A stretch of 52,294 nt of DNA, from the NCBI GenBank assembly GCA_043719805.1, contig JAYSTI010000054.1, positions 1 to 52,294 on the forward strand, read 5' to 3'. A model generated the notes under the pieces. That model ran no database searches and had not been told where the DNA came from. It saw nothing but the letters and a program-made list of their open reading frames with translations. Each line of letters starts with the position of its first letter. Position 1 is the stretch's first letter. The position numbers and the translations under genes are program-made. The stretch comes from Candidatus Lloydbacteria bacterium (lineage in GTDB: Bacteria > Patescibacteriota > Minisyncoccia > Phycocordibacterales > UBA6899). Below are positions 38,003 through 46,175 of the stretch, one piece after another.

Positions 38003-38512
38003 ATGAGCTCGTATGTTGATTTTTGTCCCTCTGGTACTTTGGTCAAGGAATTCCGTCGAATCTATCACGGTGGCCTGCTCGACCGATTGCAGCACTTGTG
38101 TTTAGGGTCGTTCATGAGTCAAGATGAATCGAGAGAGAGGCTCATTGATTGCATGCATCAAGCACTACTTGCCCGTTTTTGGCCGTGGACCGGAGATATC
38201 GCACACCCTGTAATGGGCTATCCTGATGCAGGTGATGATATTTGTGTGTTGTGGTGCTCTGATGAGGAAGACAAATTGCTCGTCTCGCTGAATTGGGTAC
38301 TGTCCGGGCTGGTGCATGACAATATCGCAGGGAGCAACGTCATAGCACGCGGACTCGCGTCAGAGTTCGTCGAGCAGTTTGCTCGAGGTGAACTACTGCG
38401 CTCGGACGGAGCGGAGTTCTCCTTCTCACAAGGTCAATTGTCGGCGAAGGTTACGCACCTACACCACATGGAGTTTGAGCCGACGGAGGTGGGGTGGGTC
38501 AAAGAGGGGTAA
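38003..38512 (+). CDS. Hypothetical protein (169 aa)
   Basis: Start at MSSYVDF after TTGCCA...TAGTCT promoter-like sequence; terminator at its stop. Confidence 0.45.
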   Translation: MSSYVDFCPSGTLVKEFRRIYHGGLLDRLQHLCLGSFMSQDESRERLIDCMHQALLARFWPWTGDIAHPVMGYPDAGDDICVLWCSDEEDKLLVSLNWVLSGLVHDNIAGSNVIARGLASEFVEQFARGELLRSDGAEFSFSQGQLSAKVTHLHHMEFEPTEVGWVKEG

Positions 38513-38525
38513 TACCCTCTTTTTT
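38501..38525 (+). terminator. Intrinsic terminator
   Basis: AAAGAGGG-gtaata-CCCTCTTTTTTT. Confidence 0.65.
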
Positions 38526-38546
38526 GCTTTTCTCAAGTATAATTAT

Positions 38547-39185
38547 GTGAACATTGTGAAAAAATTTGATAACAAAAAGATCGGTCTTACTGCCGAGGAA
38601 TTTGCATTGTTGTCTGCCTTGAATTCACCATCGAAGGTGCAGTCTTTTGTTTCTGCAATCCCGCACAATTTTGAGCGTAACGGTGACTCCTGCATGTCGG
38701 TCCGTGAAGTCCTCGCGAAGCGACGCGCGCATTGTATCGAAGGCGCAATTGTCGCAGCACTCGCATTTTGGATTAACGGTGAACGACCATTGCTTATGGA
38801 CCTCGTTGCGGGCGGAGGAGACTTTGACCATGTTGTCGCTCTATTTAAGAGAGACGGATGCTGGGGGGCAATATCAAAAGGCAATCATGCGTACACCCTT
38901 TATCGTGACCCGGTGTACCGGACACTTCGTGAGCTTGCCATGTCCTACTTCCATGAATACTACGACCTGGAAGGTAAAAAGACCCTTCGAGAATATTCGC
39001 TTCCATTTGATGTGCGAAAATTTAAGCCTGAACAGTGGATTACCGGTGCCGATGCTTGGACTATCGCTGAGGACATTGGTGGGGCTCGCCATTTTCCACT
39101 CGTCACCGCACATCAGGTTGGCAAACTCCGAGAAATAGACGACATCGAACGCAAGGTAGCCAAGATGACTATCACCAAGCGATAG
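38547..39185 (+). CDS. Transglutaminase-like/papain-fold conserved protein
   Basis: AHCIEGAIVAA, DHVVALF, WGAISK.N...L.YRDPVYRTLRELAMSYFHEY; GTG start uncertain (38547 or 38556). Confidence 0.75.
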   Translation: MNIVKKFDNKKIGLTAEEFALLSALNSPSKVQSFVSAIPHNFERNGDSCMSVREVLAKRRAHCIEGAIVAALAFWINGERPLLMDLVAGGGDFDHVVALFKRDGCWGAISKGNHAYTLYRDPVYRTLRELAMSYFHEYYDLEGKKTLREYSLPFDVRKFKPEQWITGADAWTIAEDIGGARHFPLVTAHQVGKLREIDDIERKVAKMTITKR

Positions 39186-40742
39186 TTACGCAAACAACCT
39201 TTTTGGTCGGTACTGTAACGCCTCAAGAATATGCGCTTCTTTAATGTGTCGTGACTCGTCGATGTCGGCAATTGTTCGGGCGAGTTTGATGATATGGTGA
39301 TAGGCGCGGGGTGACAGGTCGAGGCGTTTTGCGCTTTCGTTCAGCAGAGTAACGACCGAGTCGTCGAGCTTAATGTATTTATCCAGTGCATGCACACTCA
39401 TCTTTGCGTTTTGAGTGATAGTTGAACCGGCGAATCTTTTGGCCTGGTGCGTGCGTGCGCGGGCAATGTCTTTTTGAAGTTGTTCAATTTCGACATTATC
39501 GTTCAGTCGCTTTCCCGGTGCGAGTGTGTCGTGTGCAAGTCGCGGTACCTCTATCCAGAGGTCGATGCGGTCAATAATGGGACCGGAGATTTTGCGCTGA
39601 TAGCGCGCAATTGAACTGGGTACGCAGACACACGGCTTCTTCGTGTCTCCCCAGTAGCCACATGGGCAGGGATTCATCGCCGCAATTAAAATGAATTCTG
39701 CGGGAAATCGCTCGGAGCCTTTTGCGCGCGACACCTGCACATATCCTTCCTCAAGTGGTTGGCGGAGTGCTTCGATTACCCGTTTATCAAATTCAGGAAA
39801 TTCATCAAGAAAAAGCACGCCTCGATGAGCTAACGTTATCTCGCCGGGTTTTGGTATCGCCCCACCTCCGACGATGGAGACGTAGGATGAAGTGTGGTGT
39901 GGTGCGCGCATGGGGGGCTGCACAATGATTTCACTCGTGAGTGCCCCCGCAACGGAATGTATTGCAGTGACCTCAAGGGCATCTTTTTCTGAGAGCATCG
40001 GGAGGAGCTCTGTAAATGCTTTTGCGAGCATCGTCTTTCCTGTACCTGGCGGTCCCCACATCGCGATGTTGTGCCCACCCGCAGCGGCAATCATGAGTCC
40101 GCGCTTTGCACCTTCTTGTCCGCGGATGTCATTCCATGATAGGTGCGCAGACTTTTGGTGCGATGCTTCGAGCGGGGTCTGCTCTTGTGGGGCAATGCGT
40201 GCGAGTTTTTTACCGCCTTTAATTTCGGGTGTGAGATGTTCGATAACTTCTGCAAGCGAACTGACGGGGTAAACAGAAACACCGGAAACAAGTGCGGCCT
40301 CGCGGGCATTTTCCTTCGGGATGAATATCTCCGTGACGCCCAGGTGCTTCGCGGCACTTGCGATAGCGAGTGCACCGCGGATGGCACGTACCTCACCGTT
40401 GAGGGCGAGCTCTCCGGCGAATAATTTATTTTCCGCATTGAATTTGATGTCTTCAGTTGCGAGGAGGTAGCAAAGCGCGATAGGGAGGTCGAATGACGGG
40501 CCTTCCTTTTTGAGCGACGCCGGCGCAAGTGCAACGGTGATCTTCTGGTTGCGCTGTTTCGGGGATTTGTATCCGCTGTTTTTTATGGCCGCACTCACGC
40601 GGTCACGTGCCTCTTCAACTGCCTTGTCGGGAAGTCCGACTATGGTAAACGCATGGAGACCTTTTGTGAGGTCTGCTTCAATGGTGATGCGATGCCCGCC
40701 CGAGAGTGTTGGTTGAATAGAATAAAGTTTTGCGAATGCCAT
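39186..40742 (-). CDS. comM: Competence helicase ComM / YifB Mg-chelatase-like AAA+ ATPase
   Basis: IVGLPDKAVEEARDRV, GPPGTGKTMLA, RAPHHTSS, PGEITLAHRGVLFLDEFPEF, AAMNPCPCG; start MAFAKL. Confidence 0.93.
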   Translation of the reverse strand: MAFAKLYSIQPTLSGGHRITIEADLTKGLHAFTIVGLPDKAVEEARDRVSAAIKNSGYKSPKQRNQKITVALAPASLKKEGPSFDLPIALCYLLATEDIKFNAENKLFAGELALNGEVRAIRGALAIASAAKHLGVTEIFIPKENAREAALVSGVSVYPVSSLAEVIEHLTPEIKGGKKLARIAPQEQTPLEASHQKSAHLSWNDIRGQEGAKRGLMIAAAGGHNIAMWGPPGTGKTMLAKAFTELLPMLSEKDALEVTAIHSVAGALTSEIIVQPPMRAPHHTSSYVSIVGGGAIPKPGEITLAHRGVLFLDEFPEFDKRVIEALRQPLEEGYVQVSRAKGSERFPAEFILIAAMNPCPCGYWGDTKKPCVCVPSSIARYQRKISGPIIDRIDLWIEVPRLAHDTLAPGKRLNDNVEIEQLQKDIARARTHQAKRFAGSTITQNAKMSVHALDKYIKLDDSVVTLLNESAKRLDLSPRAYHHIIKLARTIADIDESRHIKEAHILEALQYRPKRLFA

Positions 40743-40752
40743 GGTGGTTGAG

Positions 40753-41112
40753 TTATTCCATGTGCGCCTTGCAGGTCGTTGCCGCAGGGTTCGCCATAAG
40801 CCTGGCGTCTTCAATCTTTGCTTTACAGACCACACAGTTTCCGTAGGTCCCGCTTTCAATCGCAGAGAGTGCCGCGTTGACTTCGTTCCATCTTTTTTCC
40901 AGTTCAAATTCGATTGCGCTGCGGTCTTCAAAACTAGTTATCTCCCCCGCGCGCTCTTCTTCCTCTGCGGTCTCAAGATTGAGGTCTGCCGCAACCGGTT
41001 CCCAGTCGCCGGCGTTGTCCGGATTAATGCGTCCGACTTTTTGTAACTCTTGCACAAGTAAGGCCTTCTCTCCTTCGAGTTTTTCTTTCAACGATGCGAT
41101 AAGTATTTCCAT
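40753..41112 (-). CDS. TraR/DksA family zinc-finger protein
   Basis: ALSAIESGTYGNCVVC...I..ARL.ANPAATTCKAH. Confidence 0.88.
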   Translation of the reverse strand: MEILIASLKEKLEGEKALLVQELQKVGRINPDNAGDWEPVAADLNLETAEEEERAGEITSFEDRSAIEFELEKRWNEVNAALSAIESGTYGNCVVCKAKIEDARLMANPAATTCKAHME

Positions 41113-41156
41113 ATAGGATTATCATACGCGAAAACAGTACCATAGCAACTTTCTGT

Positions 41157-42083
41157 TTAGGGTGCCGTTTTTTGGGCAACGGAAAGTAGGAGCCCACGGA
41201 GTGCCTCCTCGCCGCCGGTGATGATGAGCGTGTTCCTGTCTATGACGGTGTATGCGAGGAGCATAGTGCCGCTTTTATCGCGGAGTACCCGCGCATCAAC
41301 GCCGCCGATGCGCTCATCGGTGAACATTTTGCGGTGCACGTCAACGAGTGCAGTCCTCCTGTGTAAGGGATTCATTGATGGAACTAGGTCGTCGGACATG
41401 CGTTTTTCCCATTCAAGCATCCCGGCAAATGTTTCTGGGTAAGAGTGTGTGCTGATAATCAGGTAGCCAATCGGCGTGCGGTCATCGGCATATATTCCAT
41501 AAGATAAAGATTCATTAAGTGAATTGAGAAGAATGTCAGGTGGAGAAAAAAGTGACAGAGCATTCAACACCTCAATAGTAGATGCATCCTGCACGGTACC
41601 AGTCGAATCTTTTGTAACAAAAACCAACTCACGAGTTTTTCCTGTTGCCAGCTTTGTGTCGCTAAAGGCGATCGATATGTCGGCCATAATTTGTTCACGC
41701 GGGGAGCCTGAAATAAGTATCTCCGCAGATGCTTGGCGATTAGGCTTTTTTACCGTCGTATCTACGCCCATCGTCTTTCCGCCAATAAGCGCGTAAATTC
41801 CCACACCGACGCCAAAGGCCAACATGAGTACAAGTAAAAATATTATGCGACCAAAGTGGGACTCCCCGGTTTGTATTGTGCGTGACTCGCCCCGCTCTTC
41901 ACGTCGTGCGGTTTCTGCGATGACCATCTGCGTTTTGGTGATGTGCTGTTCGCCCACCATCTTTTCGACATCATCATGAAGTGTGCGTAGTGGAGGCGCA
42001 GTGAGAGAGCCACGACTACGCGCCAGCTTTCGGCGCTGCTCGTTTTCGTCAAATGTTGGTCCGTCGTATGAGATCTCTTTCAT
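41157..42083 (-). CDS. Bitopic membrane protein, unknown function
   Basis: LRTLHDDV N-terminal motif, one TM, FAGMLEWE motif. Confidence 0.7.
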   Translation of the reverse strand: MKEISYDGPTFDENEQRRKLARSRGSLTAPPLRTLHDDVEKMVGEQHITKTQMVIAETARREERGESRTIQTGESHFGRIIFLLVLMLAFGVGVGIYALIGGKTMGVDTTVKKPNRQASAEILISGSPREQIMADISIAFSDTKLATGKTRELVFVTKDSTGTVQDASTIEVLNALSLFSPPDILLNSLNESLSYGIYADDRTPIGYLIISTHSYPETFAGMLEWEKRMSDDLVPSMNPLHRRTALVDVHRKMFTDERIGGVDARVLRDKSGTMLLAYTVIDRNTLIITGGEEALRGLLLSVAQKTAP

Positions 42084-42160
42084 GTTGTTGTATTATACCG
42101 TTGTTACCATTTGCAAGGAAATAACTTTGTGGACTCGGTGCAGTGCGCATCGCAGGTGGC

Positions 42161-42940
42161 CTATATCTTCAGTTTTGCCGGGTGTTCATATTCCCCCTCC
42201 GTCTTCTTCCATAAAAGCTCGAATATCTGCTTCATTGCAAGGGCAAACTCGCCGCTTTCGATGATGATGGCTTGTTTTGAGTGCATAATGACAATACGCA
42301 CGCCCCAGTCGAAGGTTTCAAGTGAGCAGTCAGCGCCGTATATTTTTTCAGGAAGGAATTTCGCATTAATGCTTCCCCTCGCGGTTCCGAAAAATTTCTT
42401 ATAGGGAAGAAGTTTTGGGTCGTCAACGGTAAATCCGCGCACGGAGATATCGTTTGCAACCTTTGCCTCATTCCACGGAAAGAAGACCTCGTCATGTAGC
42501 TGTTGGTCGACCTCATTCGCACGTGCGAAGAACCCGACTATTTCTTTCCCCCTAAATTCTTTGAGCTTGTACTCGTAGGCCTGCTTCAGGCCCGCAACGC
42601 CCTCAAAGTAAAGGATGTTCGGCTTGTCACTTTTTTTGCGTTGTAACGCAAGCAGCTCGGGGACAATTTTTCGTGCGCCTCTCACGCGCTCCTCCACCTC
42701 ATCAACATAGCTTTCCGGCGAGCGCGCAATGTACATGCGTTTTTTCTCCCCCGTCATTTGCACGATGAGCCCTTTTTCTACCAGTTCCTCTGCTATTACA
42801 TATGCGGTGGGACGTTTCAGGTGTGACCGCTTCGCAATCTTGTACGGAGTAGATGGTCCAAGTTCGAGTAGCGCGAGATACACCCGCGCTTCCTTCTCGG
42901 TGAGGTTAAGCTTCTTCAGTTCGCGGATGAGTGACTCCAT
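42161..42940 (-). CDS. TrmB family transcriptional regulator
   Basis: LTEKEARVYLALLELG...IAKRSHLKRPTAY...L.EKGL wHTH; YFEG; FELLW; start MESLIRE. Confidence 0.9.
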   Translation of the reverse strand: MESLIRELKKLNLTEKEARVYLALLELGPSTPYKIAKRSHLKRPTAYVIAEELVEKGLIVQMTGEKKRMYIARSPESYVDEVEERVRGARKIVPELLALQRKKSDKPNILYFEGVAGLKQAYEYKLKEFRGKEIVGFFARANEVDQQLHDEVFFPWNEAKVANDISVRGFTVDDPKLLPYKKFFGTARGSINAKFLPEKIYGADCSLETFDWGVRIVIMHSKQAIIIESGEFALAMKQIFELLWKKTEGEYEHPAKLKI

Positions 42941-42946
42941 GTGTCT

Positions 42947-42975
42947 AGTATAAGGCAACGAGAAAAAATAGTCAA
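42947..42975 (-). promoter_or_regulatory. Sigma70 promoter of trmB (leaderless)
   Basis: TTGACT-N17-TATACT, then 6 nt to ATG. Confidence 0.65.
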
Positions 42976-43075
42976 TAATTTTGACAAATATTTCACCTTC
43001 ACCAAATAAAGCTATATATTGCAATATAAATAAGATATTTAAGCGACATGATTAGAAACAAAAGAGACATTTAAA

Positions 43076-43104
43076 TTGACATTGCGTAAAATATCGCGTA
43101 TGAT
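43076..43104 (+). promoter_or_regulatory. Strong sigma70 promoter at the start of the small-ORF island
   Basis: TTGACA-N17-TATGAT. Confidence 0.7.
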
Positions 43105-43157
43105 ATTCACAGAACGATATGCAATATTGCCTGTCGAGAACCTTGAAGGAGATCCAA

Positions 43158-43406
43158 ATGATCGTCAAATTCATTCAGACCGCCGAGGCACTCGTGTTTG
43201 GCAATAAGTCCTACATCCTCGACCTCCATGCAGATGTGGCCTACGAAAATCGCGTGGAAGAGAGGAAGGTCGAAGGTGGTGGTATCGCCGACCTCAAGGA
43301 GAAGCGCATCTACGGCACGTCGTACGGGTTCGGACCGTACAACGCAGTACGGGTACGGGCACTCCTTCCCGACTGGTCGGTCGAGGAGCCGTCGGACGGC
43401 TACTAG
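43158..43406 (+). CDS. Hypothetical protein (82 aa)
   Basis: AAGGAG SD 7 nt before ATG, downstream of consensus promoter, C/G-ending codon bias. Confidence 0.65.
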   Translation: MIVKFIQTAEALVFGNKSYILDLHADVAYENRVEERKVEGGGIADLKEKRIYGTSYGFGPYNAVRVRALLPDWSVEEPSDGY

Positions 43407-43417
43407 CCTCCCCGTGG

Positions 43418-43522
43418 CGAGGTCCACGATAAACTCCTTCGCGTTCCCGGTTCGCGTGTCAACCGGGACTTTATCGAGTTCGTCACCTATCTGCTTTGGC
43501 AGTTGCAGCGTGGTGGACTCGC
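43418..43522 (+). ncRNA. Candidate multi-branched structured RNA
   Basis: GCGAG-GTCCAC / GTGGAC-TCGC closing stem; CGATAAA / TTTATCG enclosing TCCCGGTT / AACCGGGA; CTGC / GCAG hairpin. Confidence 0.4.
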
Positions 43523-43555
43523 AGAGTATTGTTCTTTTCAATCAAGGAGACAGCA

Positions 43556-43816
43556 ATGAGCACAACCTATTTTGACTCCGAGACCAGCGTTCGTCGTCAC
43601 GGTGCGGTGATTACGTTCTCCTGTCATGACCACGATGGCTACTGGCCGAACAGCAAGACCGCCGAAGGTTCTCGGCGTGATAGGCAGATTGGGAAGCGCC
43701 ATTGGGTGAGGAAGGAGTCGCGCTGGTGGTCGTCGGGTGGTGGCGCAGGACAAGAGGTGTCGGTGAAGACACCCCGAAAAGAGGTCGGTGTCCTCTTCGA
43801 GAAGACTTGGGCGTAA
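43556..43816 (+). CDS. Hypothetical basic Trp-rich protein (86 aa)
   Basis: AAGGAG SD upstream of ATG. Confidence 0.55.
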   Translation: MSTTYFDSETSVRRHGAVITFSCHDHDGYWPNSKTAEGSRRDRQIGKRHWVRKESRWWSSGGGAGQEVSVKTPRKEVGVLFEKTWA

Positions 43817-43922
43817 CCCGAGCATGGCGAGAAAATAAAAAAATATCTCGCCCTCTTTATCAAGTTTTCAAACTACTCGTAGGTGAATAATTTAAAAACT
43901 TGTAGAGACAGAGTTCTTTGTA

Positions 43923-44177
43923 ATGCATTGGATCACGATTTGTAGGCGTAAAAGGAGAGGTCAGCCGTCGAAAGGCCGGACCAACTCTCCCATACCGAAC
44001 ATCGTTCCTGGGCGGGGTTTTGAAAGAATTTTCGATAGCATAGACCAAGTGGATGTTGGCGACGACATGCACCCAGTGACTGAGCAATGGCAGCGTGTAA
44101 ATCTCGTGGAGGTTGACGCTCTCAGCTTGGCGTATGGGTACGCGACCCATGACGCCAAGACGGTCGAGTCTATGTAA
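43923..44177 (+). CDS. Possible small hypothetical protein
   Basis: Open frame only; its 5' part overlaps a hairpin (GGAGAG...CTCTCC) and the start is unclear. Confidence 0.25.
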   Translation: MHWITICRRKRRGQPSKGRTNSPIPNIVPGRGFERIFDSIDQVDVGDDMHPVTEQWQRVNLVEVDALSLAYGYATHDAKTVESM

Positions 44178-44305
44178 TTCTTCCATGCTTTGTGTCCTAG
44201 GTAGCCGTGTTCCGGTTGATTCAAACACAGGTATGGCGTAGCGTTACTGCTATGTGAGGTCGGCAATCCGATCGACTCCTTCGGGGCATCAAACCCCCGA
44301 AGGAG

Positions 44306-44356
44306 ACTCTCGCAAGATGCGTATCTTGCCTGATGAGTCCAAAAGGACGAAAGAGT
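44306..44356 (+). ncRNA. Type III hammerhead ribozyme
   Basis: ACTCT-C | stem I GCAAGA-tgcgta-TCTTGC | CTGATGA | stem II GTCC-aaaa-GGAC | GAA | AGAGT (stem III pairs perfectly with ACTCT); predicted cleavage 3' of C44311 (CUC triplet). Confidence 0.88.
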
Positions 44357-44513
44357 GAATCTGCGTCAGAAATCAAAAAACGAAATTATGTTAACCCTAG
44401 CGGTCGCCGTGCCTAACATAATTGCAAAAAAGTTCCTCGAATTATTGGGAATCGAGGTGGTTGAGTGGAGTGATGTCAGGACGCCTGTGGGGCATGTCTT
44501 TCTTCTGAAAGCA

Positions 44514-44640
44514 CAAGAGTTTATTAAATAGGTTCGAATGCGAGGCGCGGGGAAAGCGACGAGGAAGGCATATTCATATATGGTGACCGAGTCGCGGGGG
44601 TCCCGCAACAATGCAGGCGAATTTATTTTATGAACTCTTG
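44514..44640 (+). repeat. Family A element, copy A4
   Basis: Arms CAAGAGTTTATTAAATAGGTTCG / CGAATTTATTTTATGAACTCTTG; TGCGAGGCGCGGGGAAAG...GGAAGG-CATAT tcat ATATG-GTGACCGAG...CCCGCAACAATGCAG. Confidence 0.78.
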
Positions 44641-44683
44641 AATTGATCCTGCCATCACTCCACTTAACCACCAAGGAGATAGT

Positions 44684-45148
44684 ATGAACAAGCACACCGT
44701 TTTTGCCACCAAGGGGATTTTTGTCGCTACGACCTACCACTTCAAGGGGGTCGAGATCGACGAGGATCTCGTGATGCGTATCTCGGGTGCACATTATTGG
44801 AAAATGTGTACAGAAGAGCGTATCACCACCGCAGGCATCGAGATTCGGGTCACCGAAGCCCCGAAGCTTGTCGCAACGACCCCCTGTGATTACTCCGGGC
44901 ACAGTCTTCCTGAATTCACAAGGGAAGAATGTGGTTTCGTCTGTTTCCATAAACAATATGGAGACAGGCCGGCCGGGTTCGAGTTGCGAGCAAGGGTCGC
45001 TGAAGAGATTGGCAAGGTTGTCGTTCTCCATGAATGGGAGAGGCGCAACTTTTATCGTAAGGGGTGGGGAACCCAAAACGAGCCGATCTTTGGCGATTGG
45101 GGAAAGATTGACCTCATTGGTAAATCTTTCACTTGCCTTGTCTGGTGA
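44684..45148 (+). CDS. Hypothetical protein (154 aa)
   Basis: AAGGAG SD 6 nt before ATG; no family recognised. Confidence 0.6.
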   Translation: MNKHTVFATKGIFVATTYHFKGVEIDEDLVMRISGAHYWKMCTEERITTAGIEIRVTEAPKLVATTPCDYSGHSLPEFTREECGFVCFHKQYGDRPAGFELRARVAEEIGKVVVLHEWERRNFYRKGWGTQNEPIFGDWGKIDLIGKSFTCLVW

Positions 45149-45500
45149 CCGCAGAGCTTGTTCGAACGACTGCGGTATAGAAATGAACAAGTGGTGGTCA
45201 ACTCGAGGACCTGCACACTGTGTGTCGCCCGTAGGAAGGCGGATGCACAAGGTGAGACCGTGGATAAAGCTAAAACCACGGACAAGCGCTATGACTGGTA
45301 GATACGCGTGAACTACTCGTCTTGCCGGTACGTGAACCGTGCGCTGGCTAAAGCATTCTGCGGCGGAATGCTCGCCCGAACAAATTTTCGGAAAGTTTAT
45401 TTTAGGGGAATCGGTTGATAGTCGCGTGACTATAGATTCCGCTCTTTACCAAGGATGCAAATCATTCAAGGCCGAGCGATTTGCATGCTTGTAGAGAACA
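45149..45500 (+). ncRNA. Candidate large structured non-coding RNA
   Basis: Back-to-back hairpins CCGCAG/CTGCGG (loop CTTGTTC complementary to downstream GAACAAG), CCGTGG/CCACGG, GCATTC/GAATGC, GGAATC..ATAGTC/GACTAT..GATTCC, ATGCAAATC/GATTTGCAT. Confidence 0.4.
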
Positions 45501-45579
45501 GGCAGAAAACCACGGCACTTCTTTACAAGATGATAATTATGTGCTAGACTGTTAGTAGCGATTAACCAAGGAGATTGCC

Positions 45580-45711
45580 ATGAAGAAGGTCGGACAAACC
45601 CTCATCCCGCGTCTCCCGAAGGAAGCGCGCGAGAAGTTGAAGAAGGGCGGTACGCACAAGAACAAGACGGTGTACAACCGCAAAGACAAGCACAGGAAGA
45701 AGAACAAGTAG
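45580..45711 (+). CDS. Small very basic protein (43 aa), ArfA-like ribosome-rescue motif
   Basis: MKKVGQTLIPRLPKEAREKLKKGGTHKNKTVYNRKDKHRKKNK; AAGGAG SD, TTTACA-N17-TAGACT promoter, own terminator; below ORF-track cutoff. Confidence 0.65.
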   Translation: MKKVGQTLIPRLPKEAREKLKKGGTHKNKTVYNRKDKHRKKNK

Positions 45712-45714
45712 CAC

Positions 45715-45746
45715 TGCGGCCGAGACATCTCGGCCGCAATTTTTTT
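45715..45746 (+). terminator. Intrinsic terminator
   Basis: TGCGGCCGAGA-ca-TCTCGGCCGCA-ATTTTTTT. Confidence 0.75.
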
Positions 45747-45769
45747 ACTAAGCTTGATACACTGAATTT

Positions 45770-46174
45770 ATGGAAAATAAAATTTTTGAGTCTCAACTGG
45801 AATTAGTGCACACGAGCACGAGTGGTCCTCGCCCCACATCACAATTTGATTTAGTTGAAGAAGGAAAGAAAATTGGCATGTTGCAACTACGTCACACGCG
45901 CAATGCCCCCAGCATCGGTATGCCAGAGAGTTTTGGAAACAATATATATTATGAAATTGATTCTGATTTTCAGAGAAAGGGTTATGGTAAAAAGATACTT
46001 GCGTTGGGGCTCGATGAAGCGAGAAAGATTGGGCTAAAGGATGTGCGATTAACGGTGTTTGAAGACAATATCCCCTCACAAAAAATCGTTGAAGCAAATG
46101 GAGGAAAAATGATTGATAAACAATTAAACACCGAAAGAAACATCCCTGTAAGGTTGTATGAAATAAAATTGTAA
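45770..46174 (+). CDS. GNAT family acetyltransferase
   Basis: IGMLQLRH, NIYYEI...FQRKGYGK, NIPSQKIVEANGG. Confidence 0.88.
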   Translation: MENKIFESQLELVHTSTSGPRPTSQFDLVEEGKKIGMLQLRHTRNAPSIGMPESFGNNIYYEIDSDFQRKGYGKKILALGLDEARKIGLKDVRLTVFEDNIPSQKIVEANGGKMIDKQLNTERNIPVRLYEIKL

Positions 46175-46175
46175 C

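Noticed and set aside
43910-43992. Possible twister ribozyme or c-di-GMP riboswitch (TAATGC..., GAAA-capped hairpin)
   Set aside because: Twister pseudoknot loop and GEMM consensus nucleotides are missing; only a generic hairpin is supported.
44366-45250. 294-aa minus-strand ORF
   Set aside because: Antisense to the SD-led 44684 ORF and runs through element A4; no recognisable motif.
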